In this document: in pieces, positions 1 to 10,390 of the stretch
Position numbering within the stretch: position 1 is the stretch's first letter
Layout: each line of letters begins with the position of its first letter
Source of the DNA: Trypanosoma brucei
Taxonomy: Eukaryota
Direction: 5' to 3'
NCBI GenBank assembly: GCA_000002445.1
Contig: AE017150.2
Span: forward strand, 384,001 to 448,000
DNA length: 64,000 bases
The notes under the pieces: model-generated
What the model was told of the DNA's origin: nothing
Seen by the model: the letters and a program-made list of their open reading frames with translations, nothing else
Databases searched by the model: none
Translations under genes and position numbers: made by a program

Positions 1-337
1 TATCGTAAGCCGCGGATCAGTAATTCCTCACGAAGAGAGAAAAAGTTGGCTTGAAGGCGAGCATCGTACGCGTGGAATTCACTGAGTATTCCGGATATGA
101 TGTGGCATGCTTTTTTTTTCTGCGTATTCTACTTTGTCTTGTTGGTTGGATGCAGTATCACGGTTCTGTAAACCCTTGCCACACATAATTTTAGCACGGA
201 ACGTCGCGGGGTAGAATGCAAGAAGTGTGCTCCTGATTGGTGCACATTTTGTCGAGCATAGGCCCACGACTTGTGCTGGTCACATATTTGTAGGTCTCTC
301 TCACGTTCGCTGCATGTGTTGAGAAGCCCCAACGAAG

Positions 338-805
338 TTACAGGGTGATACCCAGCACTTTCAGATTTCTCTCCTCACCCATGGGTGTGCCGTTTATCAT
401 CAGGATCGATGGTTTCCTTAGAAGCCCTCCGAACAGTGTATGTTTCGTTTTATACACGTTTAGTTGCTTGAAGGATTTATGACTCACTCTGGCCACAATG
501 CTCGGTCCTTGTTGTAGAGTGCGCTCGATATCTTCCCTGTTTGATCTCCTACACGTGATTGTCAGATGATCGGCAAAGAAACCGTGGTAACAGCTTAGGA
601 CTTCCCGAAGCCACCAAATAAGAGAGTTAGTGACTATGATGAAGGTAAGCGATCCAATGACTATTTCTTGATGACCTCCTCTAGTGAAGAATATTAGTTG
701 GGAGAATACTTTCTTTAAGCGACCTCTGTCTAATCGTTCAGGGAGACATGAAGCCGTCCAGCCATTCTGTGGGCCTTCCGCATCCAACTTTCTTATTTCT
801 TTCAT
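338..805 (-). mobile_element. Degenerate non-LTR retrotransposon reverse-transcriptase-like fragment (ingi/DIRE-type relic?), non-functional
   Basis: The minus-strand ORF contains 'RGGHQEIVIGSLTFIIVTNSLIWWL...GFFADHLTIT', which loosely resembles LINE RT blocks (RGxPQGSVLSPLLFxI ... YADD). The spacing between blocks is shorter than canonical. There is no long intact ORF in 1-2500. The call rests on motif resemblance only. Confidence 0.3.
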
Positions 806-2559
806 AAATTTGTTATGGTCTGCCGTATCAAATGATTTTGTGCTTTCAACGAAAGTGACTGGTCCGCGGTCAGTGCTGTGACGGCAATTTAATTAAGTGT
901 GATCTTGAAGCATGTCGCCAATTGCCGCATGCCCAGGAGAGGATCTAGGTTATCTGCTAGTCGGCTTCTGACCTTTCTTAGCTATTATTCTCACTCCCAC
1001 CATCTTGTCCATCGGTTTCGAAATGTTACTTGCGATTGTTACTGATCAGAAGAACGAAGTGTCCGATGGGTGTTTCCAGTTTTCTGTAGAGGGATAGTCG
1101 CCCCTCTTTTACATGTTCTGGGTGTTGTTGCCATCATAAGACTCCGGCTTAACCGCGCTAGGATCAGTTGTCTACCGAAGCGGCTCAGGTAGGTTGACGC
1201 AGTGCCATATACTTCGTCCTCTGGGGGAGCAGCACCGTTCGGAAGCTATCCTAGTGAATCCTTCAACTCGCCCACGGTTATTGGTCGAGTCCATTCATCT
1301 GGCTTTCTTTCTGGTGTTTGCATTAGAGGGGAGGCGGGAGACTTAGGAGTGTCGCGCTGATGTTTTTGCATACATTGCTACTTGATCACGAGCGTGCCGA
1401 CGCCATTTCATTGCTCGGTTGTCAACTGTAGCGACTGGGGTGACGAGTGGGCGTGTTGCAAAGACATTCTGTATAATTTTCCAACTACCCTAATCTGATT
1501 CACTCATCGTTGAGCATTTGTTCTTCTACCTTTTGACCGCAAGTGTCGTTATTAGTATTCGGTCCTCCGCGGCGAGGCGAATCGCTCATTAGTGTTAGTG
1601 CAGGCATTGTTTCTCTTTTCCATTTCGGCTCGCTCTCTGTGCCAGAAAGGCTTTTGGAGTCTTGGTTACTCGTGGGACTAGGGCAAGCGTCGCTTCCCTA
1701 ATAATTGTTGCTAACGTTTCACCGTGCGTGTGTGGATATCTTCCAAGTTGTCATTTTCTCTACCCCTCTCTTTTCCGGCGCGGTCTAACTTCCTCCAACT
1801 AGCGCATTTCTATGATAACGGGGTCCACATAGTCCGTTGTAGTGAAATTGGCATGCCATCAGGGCCAAGGCATACATCGATGAAAATGATACGATGATCT
1901 CCGTATGGAGCAGACCGTGGCGACCAGTTTGTAACATGGAAGTTCTTCGATAGAGTTGTATCGAGTGCGGAATTGATGCTACGGTCACAGTGTCGTATCG
2001 TGTGGTCTTCCATGTGTTTTCGACGGTGTACCAATTATCTTTGCACTAATGGGCTATGGAATCTTTCCTTTTAATCAGGGGGACATGTTTATCCCACGCC
2101 AGTAGGCTGGAATTAGAATACATACCAACTATATGCCGACCGGCATGAAGGAGATCGTCCGGCCCTTCTGTGGCGACTTCCCTCCTTCCTCGTGGAAAAT
2201 ATGAGGAAGTCAGTCTGTGTGTTGAAGGGATTGCGTGAAGTGTACTGTTGCATGTACAAATTCATGTCCGAAAGCCTTCGACACTGCCACCACGAGCGGT
2301 AGGTGGTCGAGAACGACAATGGATACACCTCCACCTATCGAGTTATAGCTCTCCTTGGGCGTGGCGGACGAATACGTGTAACACCGTCTTGTGCAGCTAC
2401 ACGCTCTATGTATAAGAGTTTGAAGGGGAGTTAGTGAGAGGGAATGGTGATGGTCAGGGTTTTTTTTTTTCGAGGAGTCCTCGGGAAGTGATTCAACATT
2501 TAGAAAGGGTGATTACAGGGCGCAATGGCGAAATGATGGAGACAGGAGCAGCTTATATT

Positions 2560-2834
2560 CATCATCGTTTTAGAATATGTTCATGAAACTCCACCTCTTC
2601 AGCGGGGCGAGGAACGCACACGTTCCACCCACTAAGTTCCATGAATAATAGGAACCATTCTTCTGCCAAACATTTCCAGTAAGAAGAGAGTGGCGCAAAT
2701 ATTATTCATTGAATTGAGTTCGCATAAGGTCCAGCATGATGAAAGACGTTGCCCCATTCGAAGAGTGCAATAGCGCGTCGCACTTTAAACCTAAGCGCGT
2801 GTGACTTTCCGCCGACGCCGCCTCAGTTTTGTGA
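2560..2834 (+). repeat. 275-bp dispersed direct repeat, copy A (near-identical to 13193..13467)
   Basis: Direct comparison of the two stretches shows 2 mismatches in 275 bp, both near the 5' end (T/C and C/G). Both copies end in ...GCCTCAGTTTTGTGA. Copy A is followed by AAAAGG. Confidence 0.9.
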
Positions 2835-3549
2835 AAAGGAGATCGCTTAGTTTCACAACCACCTGGGATATACTATTTCCTAGCGCCGCGAGGTGTTGAG
2901 CGGCGTTTTTCCACGTAGTCGCGTATGCAGAGATACCATTCCAAAGGGAGGCATTGTTATCACAACTATACTCGCCAATTGCACACTGGCGGAATGGCGT
3001 GCCGATGTGAGGGCGTTTCGCGGGAATGTCTATACCTTTCTGGAAACAAAATGTTACTACTTCAAAAAGATTACACGTATGGAGGAATATACTTTAGATG
3101 TGGACAAGGCGTTTTGTGTTGCTTGAAATTGTGCGAGCATAATTATTTTGACAGTTTCGGTTGAAGTTGTGCCTATACTCAAAATGTTGAGAGGCGGCAG
3201 AGGGGAGCTGCAACGTTTGTTGAAGGAGAGTGTCCATGTTGTGGGGCGGAAGTTGCAAAGCTTAGTGGAAATGAACATATTAGAGCGCGGCAAGCAGGAT
3301 AATTTAGCATGAGAAAAGTCTCCCCTTTTGGCCAACACCTACTCCCAGCAAACCAAAACTACACCAATAGACTAAAAATCGTTACCAAACCTTCCTCGTA
3401 CTGCCATCGATCTCACTAGCATTATTCAATACGAGTGGGTGCGTAACCCTAAACGATATAAGTCCAACACATCAAGCGCATACGCCGCAGGGTGAGAAGA
3501 GCTCCCAGTTAAGCGGAGTAAATAAGAAATGTGCGTGTGGGTGGATCTT

Positions 3550-4740
3550 TTACTTCCTCAGTGGTCTGGACAACCATTTTTGGTTCACCGCCTTATCAAT
3601 GGGACACACCTCAACGAAGCGTTTCAATGATAATTTCTTTCTCTTCGGGTTGTATAACCAAACCATTTGAGAGCGCAAATATTCCTTTGCTTGCTGGCGC
3701 CCATTCGGGGTCGCAAGCTGGCGATACCACGATAACACCCTCATAGACCTTTGCAGGCCCAGCTTCTCCCAATTGTTTGGTCCCGAATGGACAATGATGG
3801 AGGAGAAGTTTGCCTTGAGTGGGGCCCGGACAAACCACCTGGAGGTATAGTCAAGGGACATAATGCCTCTTCGTAGTAATAGTTTTTGGCTTACGTGCTG
3901 TGGTCTCGTGATGCTCCACATGAACACCACCACCCACATACTCTGATCGCACCACCACTTGTAGCTTTCTCTTTTGATGCTGAAGAATACTTTCAGGGCT
4001 TCTTTCAGCGCCCATACTCGTGCAATCGCGCCACCGCCATTGAGGTAGGCTTTCTTCACCCCACTGCCAGCGAGCCCTCCAGCACCTCCTTCGCTCGCCA
4101 GCTGCCTCATCTTCTCATACATATGTTCACAGCGCTTGTCACTTTTTTTGTCCTCATCCCCCAGCATAATATACGCTTGTGGAGCGTAACACCCCCTTTC
4201 GGTCGCAAAAATCAACGGGGAAGACATCACTCCCTGTAAGATGGCCGTTTCGCTGTATGCCTCTGGATTTCGTGGTGAACGCTGCAAGAAGGTCTGTATT
4301 TCCCTCTCCCTGAACTTTACTTCTGTAAAAAATGTGTCGGCACCATCAAACGCGACCACGATATCCTCATCCCGCATATTCCCCCTCCTGATATATTCCT
4401 CTATCCACGTCCACCTCCTAACATGCCCGTACCACCCCCCGTTCCCCACACTAACGACCGTTACATTGGTGAATAGGGAGCTAACCAACATTCTACACCA
4501 CCCCGGGGAAAATCTTGTCTGCGCCACGACGAAATGCACTTTGGCTACCAGCTCTCCACCAGGCCCTTTCGTGTCGTGCTGGTTATTTTTCAACAATACT
4601 GCTACCAAGCAAACGCTCAACAGCACCATGTTCCACACCACAATCGCTATCCCAACGCGGCATTCGAAATGGGCATCTTTTCCATTTTTTCTCTTCCTCA
4701 TATCCCTATAAAAGTGGAAAAACAGGTGATGCACACGCAC
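3550..4740 (-). CDS. Subtelomere-associated type-II membrane protein (ESAG3-like or glycosyltransferase-like; family not verified), intact 396-aa ORF; likely true start at internal Met (4701)
   Basis: The ORF is uninterrupted. It has a short basic N-tail (MRKRKNGKDAHFECR) followed by one hydrophobic anchor (IAIVVWNMVLLSVCLVAVLL) and a large downstream domain with a 'DEDIVVAFDGADTFF' acidic motif. A decayed paralogous fragment lies 0.7 kb upstream. Its position next to a VSG-like gene is typical of trypanosome subtelomeric gene families. Confidence 0.5.
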   Translation of the reverse strand: MRVHHLFFHFYRDMRKRKNGKDAHFECRVGIAIVVWNMVLLSVCLVAVLLKNNQHDTKGPGGELVAKVHFVVAQTRFSPGWCRMLVSSLFTNVTVVSVGNGGWYGHVRRWTWIEEYIRRGNMRDEDIVVAFDGADTFFTEVKFREREIQTFLQRSPRNPEAYSETAILQGVMSSPLIFATERGCYAPQAYIMLGDEDKKSDKRCEHMYEKMRQLASEGGAGGLAGSGVKKAYLNGGGAIARVWALKEALKVFFSIKRESYKWWCDQSMWVVVFMWSITRPQHVSQKLLLRRGIMSLDYTSRWFVRAPLKANFSSIIVHSGPNNWEKLGLQRSMRVLSWYRQLATPNGRQQAKEYLRSQMVWLYNPKRKKLSLKRFVEVCPIDKAVNQKWLSRPLRK

Positions 4741-5447
4741 ATATATTTATCTATATCTATATCTGTATATATTTATATATCTACAGTAGTGTGTTTGTGA
4801 AGGTTGAAGTGGTTGCGGCTGACTTACTCTAACCCTTCGCAGCTATTCCAAATCCGCGATTTTGTGTGTCGGGGGTATAGACATTTTAAAAATATTTCGT
4901 AGAAATATTCTAACGGGTCTCGTAAGTTGTTAGTCTTTTCCCCCCAAAAGTAATTCTAGGATCATCTCCGAAAGTTATTTCATCTTGCTTACGGTTATAC
5001 CGCCAGAGTTTGGTGGTGAATTTTCCTATTTTCCCTTCCCAACTTTACCGTTTCCAAGCAAAGTGCAGAATAGGATCCATCACATCGAGTTTATCGTAGC
5101 AATAATAGAAGAATTCCGTATTGAAATCAAGACTCACTAGGCTTCTCCTCATTATCAATTTTCTTTCCACATCCTGGATTGTGTGACACTCCAAACAAAA
5201 AGGAGGTTCCAGATACTCTGATCACACCACCATTCGCTTTCCCTCAGGTTTTTTAGAGATTTGTAAGATTGGATAGGCTCTTTATACGCCCAAACGCGAC
5301 CAACCATCCCACCACCGTTTAGATACATACGCTACGAGTGTGGCACCTTCAGCATCGCCCTCGCAGCTGCGGAGCGGATTCTTGCTTTCATATAGAACCA
5401 TGCGCACCTTTTCCTATGTGGCCAGCTGAAGGGCCCTAAAATCATCT

Positions 5448-5675
5448 TTAACTGCGGGCATAGCAATCCACTTCCGTTGCGAACACAAATGGAGACGTTT
5501 GCCTTTCTCTAAATATTTCCCTTTCATTCAAGTATTTTGGAGAGTGAGGTGATCTTTCAATGAATTTCGAAAGTGGTGTCTCCATTTGAACTTTGTTGCT
5601 AAACATTGTATTTCCTCCGTCAGATGTAACAACAATATCCGAGTCGCTAAGGCGCTCGCGCTGTATAAACTCCAA
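5448..5675 (-). pseudogene. Decayed fragment paralogous to the 3550..4740 membrane-protein gene
   Basis: The translated 75 aa 'DSDIVVTSDGGNTMFSNKVQMETPLSKFIERSPHSPKYLNEREIFRERQTSPFVFATEVDCYA' aligns with 'DEDIVVAFDGADTFFTEVKFREREIQTFLQRSPRNPEAYSE...SPLIFATERGCYA' of the intact gene. The flanking frames are broken. Confidence 0.55.
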
Positions 5676-8600
5676 CAGTCACTCAGGCCTCTTTGCATGC
5701 TGATACTCTCTCCCAAATCCTATTGTGTCGACACTAACGCTGTTGGTACGATTGCTGTTCACTCATCTTTCCGCCTTTATAATGTCAATCCGAAAACCAC
5801 CATCGAGAACAGTAACGGATATCGCCTTACGCACCAATTAGTTACACAATTTCCACTCAATTTCAATCCGACTTTCCGCTGCAATTAAATGTCTTTAAAC
5901 CTGTTGGTATCTTTTAAGCTCATCGACACATTTGTGATTCTTACTTAAAAATAAAGATGAAACACACCTCGCGGCGGCGGGGGCTCCTTTTTGCTTTGTC
6001 TGTTTTCCGCTTCGGCGCAGCCGACCCCAACTGAGTCACCTGCTGTATACCTTTCAATTTCATGCTGGTGTGATAGTTTTCGTACCATATGCAAGCACAT
6101 AATTGTTTTTCTTGTTCTCCACAGCAGCTATACCGCTTTGCGTCTTCGATGCCAAGCCTGTGCTTTGTCGGTTCCCCGAATTCCCCTGTCAAAGTGAAAT
6201 TCAAAGAAAAAAATTGACTGTCACTTGTGAAAGGTTTTCTATCGTTATGTCTTGGCCAGTTCCATGCTCTCCCCGCTATTCCTTGGGGAAAACCCGTCTT
6301 GCTGTACCATCCTCACGCGCGTTCCACACGGGCACTTTTCCTCTTTACCCACAGTTTTCGTTGCATACTTCCCCTTCATCTGTCCAGCTAGCATTTCCGA
6401 CGCATATTCACAACACGACAACACTCAGGGTCAGACCCACGTCCATTACAGCCCCACAATTCCTCGGATGCAACCACTCCTGTGGTCCTCGTGCCTGGTA
6501 CTTCCGCCTCCACCTATGTCGGCGTCGCCGCGCATAGCCACTGTTAGGTGCCAACAAGCAGAGTTCTTCGGATACTTGTGAAGGAGCGTGGTGGCTTCTC
6601 GATATTATCTCCCTGCAAATAGACCTTTTCCATTATCTAACTTTTTGTGTGCTGGCAAATTAAGTCGTACCTAGTGGAATCGTCCCCCTGTTTTGTTTGC
6701 GCCCACCCAAGGTTGCTAGTCTGTTGCGGAACCTTCTGCTCCGATGGAGGCTTTTGCCTTGGTCGAGATGCTGACATTTCTCCCCTCTATGTTTTCTGTA
6801 GGTGGAGAATACGACATTACCAGGTTTATTGCAACAATACTCCAAATGGTTTGCATCAAACATTTCTGTTATGTTAAACAGCGCTACGGGTGTTTCCATC
6901 AGGTTCATCATGCAGACCAGCACGCCAAAAGCGCCACTGTTCTCCATGCCCTGGATGCGTTGCCTCGTTACTTTGTTCAGTTGGACACCCACTACAGAGA
7001 CAATGCGTCACCCTGTTCATTACACATCTTTAAACAACCTTCACTTCCCCCCAAGTTTTTCACCTTCTTCAAATGTGCATCTGGAAAATATCATAAACAC
7101 GGCACCACCAGGGTTTTAACACAGGCAAGTAAAAGCACTTTGCCCTGGCAGAGGGTTCTACAACTAGAGGCGCACATTATGGCAGGCGCGCCGCACTCCA
7201 TCCATTTAGTGAAGCACTGCCTTCTTTCGCTTCTCAGTCTTTCAATATCACTGCAGAATTTTGATAACGCTGATTTTTTTTGATTTGAATTTTCTTCATG
7301 CCTAGTCTGAGAGAATCTCCCGCCAGTGAGGGCTCCGGCAAATCCAATGGAGAACCATAAAGATATTTCAGCAGCGTCTCGGAGTTGTTGATGCCGCTGA
7401 AGACGCATCCCCTAGGACATATCAATAGGAAAACAGTGTTCCATTAAGATACGACTTGTCCCCGTCCTGTGGTGTAGCCGGGGGGCAAAATCGGTTCTCA
7501 ACAGGTGTGGAACCCTGCCAGCTCTGGGTCTCTCGCAAAATACGGGCAGCTAGTCCTTTCACGACATTTATGTGGTTGCCACAGCCAGAGGGTGTTTTCT
7601 CTAAAACATGGTTGCTCCACGGTGCTGTTAGACTCCGTAATTTCTGCACCCACGTGCCGCGATGAGACGGCTACCGCTACTCCAGGGTGTACCACCCACG
7701 TTGTCAGCGGGAAATACACGCTTACATTCTCATATATATGGATGTACTGTCCTCGATTGGGGGCTTTCTCTAACGCTTCACAGTGGAAACGTCAAATACA
7801 CTCCCTAACTGCGGGGCCGTAAAGGGTAACTCCTGTTCAGTTACGCGATTCCGATGGTCACACTGTTGGGTCTTTAGTTGCTCTTAAACTTCTGTCGCGG
7901 TGTCGGGCTTGGCAGAATCGAAACTGAAGAACTCATATATCTATCCCCGTGCACCAAACGTAGAGTTGTGGCATCACTCACTGCTGCCTTGTCTATTTAA
8001 TGTTGTGTACTCCATACAAGGGCGTTGCCGTTTCAGGGTAGGTGTTCCTCTAACGCATGAAAAAACTGAGCCCCCCTTTTGTCGCATACAATCATCTTTG
8101 TGAGTTCACCCCCAAACCATAGTGGTGGCAGACTATCCAATCTCACAACTACTGGCCTGTGAGGTGGATTCTCTTCACACCTATCAGCGCGAGTGTGCTT
8201 ATTGCTGTGTGGATTCCGTGTTTGATTCTTTTTGATATTGTGCTGCCTCCTCTCGAACACCATTTTCTATTGCGTTCTAGGCATAACAAGCATTATTGCA
8301 ATCTCTGAATGGTAAAAGCTCTGGGACAATGTTGTTGAGTTTAGACGTCTGGGGATGAAGTCTACTTCGTCTGCTTTCTTGAAGCGAACCATCATGCCAC
8401 TGAGTGATGACATTTGAGCAAGCATTTCAAGCACTGGGCGTACTTGACACTCACCGAGTTTATAGTCCTGGCTTGCAAGTTGCTTCTCTCCGAGGCATCG
8501 GGCTCTTGTGTGCGAAGCCAACCACCCATTTGATTAATCCGCGAAGCAGCAGTACGTGCGTTCTGGCAGATTCATCACTGTTTTTGCTCCATCCTTTGGG

Positions 8601-9055
8601 GGCTAATTCTGTCGTTGTTCAAGAGGTGCGCGCCCCGCTGCATTTTTTTCGCTTCACAATGCTTTTTTCGAATGAATCGTTGCTGGCGGCAGTGCACCGC
8701 GATGCTACATTCCATTTTAAATGACGGTGTCTTTCTCTGTGCGTGCCGGAAACCTACGAGTTCCACGCCTCACCGTATTTTCTTTTATGCAGTCCGCTGT
8801 GTTTTTCCCATAAATACTGTACGTTCTACGGAGCATTCTAAACTCTCGGTTTTTACCACCTTTCCCCTCGACAGCGACATCACTGAAAAATTCAACGTGC
8901 TCCCCACGACGAGGCACATAGTCGCACTTTTCATCCCGTAAACTCCATTGCCTCAGCGAGGGGAGAATCATCATTTTCCACGCGCATCTAACGGTTCGCA
9001 GGCTTGGCTACAACTACAATCACCATTTTTTGGGAATTACTCGTCGGAGGGATTT

Positions 9056-10390
9056 TCATGGAAGGAAAAATAGCCACAACGGAACACTGATTTTGTCTGC
9101 TTGGCTTGCTAATGGCGGTCTTTTTATATCTATGCAGTTTCCTTCCCGTTTGTTGCAACCTGTGTGCGTACATTCTGCTTGACTTTCGCACTCACTGCAT
9201 TCAACGCCGGAGCTAGGACCCTTTTGCCCACGTCCCTTGTTACATGTTGTGCCATCTTTAAGTTGAGAGATTCCGGATCGGGGCATTTGGCTTAGTTTGC
9301 TTGTTTTTATACTCTCAACATTTCTCAGGATATCCTTCAATTTTTTCTCAATTTCTCTTAACTTATCTATCCTAGTAGCTGCTTGTTGCAATACCAGGAG
9401 CCAAGGGACCGCAGGGTTCTCATTACCTACCATCTCCGTTGGATATTGGACGCATTTTCCGTTACCTGGTTGCGTGTGCCCAGTGCATCCGTGCTGGGGC
9501 TCCCCGCTCGCTGCTCCGAGAAATGTTTTTGTACCTTCCTTCTGTGCTGTAGAACGTTTAAGGACCTCCAAAAAAACCTTAGTGGCGCGTGAGAGGGAAC
9601 TGCTGGATAGTTTCTCGTTGGTACCGATCGACTTGCATCTTTGGGCCAGATGTTTCCATCGAGTGTTCGATTGCTCTACTGGCTTCCATGGATCTTCATT
9701 TGCACCGGTGCTGCAGCCTTCGCAGCATGCCTGCTGCCGATCGTTCGGCATGGGAGAACCTCCGCATATGCACAACAAATCCACGATCAACGACTTTCCT
9801 GCCCACACACTTGGTTGTCCACCTTTTCCTCCACAAACTTCCACAGCTTCCAGGTGTTGCTTTATCATAACATCAGCTTTGTTCGACCCACTGAGTGCGT
9901 CACTTAAACTCTTGTTGATCGGGCTCATTTTCAGCTCCAGCCACAAATTGTTGTTTGTTTTCATGCACGTGTGCGCGTTTTCTACTGCTTCTTTTATTTT
10001 TTCCTTCCTTAGTATGTCGAAGTTCGCTTCAACCCACTGAATATACCGAGTCTTGTCACCTTTAAGTTTGGTTCCCGCTTCTTCCCAGAAGCTCCAGTAG
10101 CCTCCTCCCCCTCCACCTTCGCCTTGCCGGCCTACCTGGACATTTTCTACGTCTTCCGCCTCGGACAAACTTTGAAGCCCAACAGCCAAACCAATGGCTC
10201 CAATATGCCTCGCTGAGTCTTTGACGCTTTCTTCGAGTTGCTGCGTTTCCAGATCTTGGGAAAAGTTTATCATAGCACATAAGGCTCCAAACTCTTGTTC
10301 GTTCACCAGGGGCTCTCTCGCCCCCACTACACAACTTAACTGACCTATTACTGTCACCACTAAGGGAACCCAACACCCAGTCGCCTTCAT
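9056..10390 (-). CDS. Variant surface glycoprotein (VSG)-like gene, possibly atypical or pseudogenic
   Basis: The 444-aa ORF has an N-terminal signal peptide (MKATGCWVPLVVTVIGQLSCVVGA) and a long helical N-domain with sparse Cys. Its C-terminal domain is Cys-rich (CNKGRGQKGPSSGVECSECESQAECTHTGCNKREGNC) and ends in a hydrophobic GPI-signal-like tail 'DKISVPLWLFFLP', matching the VSG consensus ...PLWLAVLLF. The tail is shorter than canonical, and no 16-mer TGATATATTTTAACAC was found in the 3' flank. Confidence 0.6.
   Translation of the reverse strand: MKATGCWVPLVVTVIGQLSCVVGAREPLVNEQEFGALCAMINFSQDLETQQLEESVKDSARHIGAIGLAVGLQSLSEAEDVENVQVGRQGEGGGGGGYWSFWEEAGTKLKGDKTRYIQWVEANFDILRKEKIKEAVENAHTCMKTNNNLWLELKMSPINKSLSDALSGSNKADVMIKQHLEAVEVCGGKGGQPSVWAGKSLIVDLLCICGGSPMPNDRQQACCEGCSTGANEDPWKPVEQSNTRWKHLAQRCKSIGTNEKLSSSSLSRATKVFLEVLKRSTAQKEGTKTFLGAASGEPQHGCTGHTQPGNGKCVQYPTEMVGNENPAVPWLLVLQQAATRIDKLREIEKKLKDILRNVESIKTSKLSQMPRSGISQLKDGTTCNKGRGQKGPSSGVECSECESQAECTHTGCNKREGNCIDIKRPPLASQADKISVPLWLFFLP

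Noticed and set aside
7440-7520. tRNA-like segment (CTGTGGTGTAGCCGGGGGG...)
   Set aside because: It has a D-arm-like GTGGTGTAG motif but no T-loop (GGTTCGAnTCC) or acceptor-stem complementarity. It does not fold as a cloverleaf by inspection.
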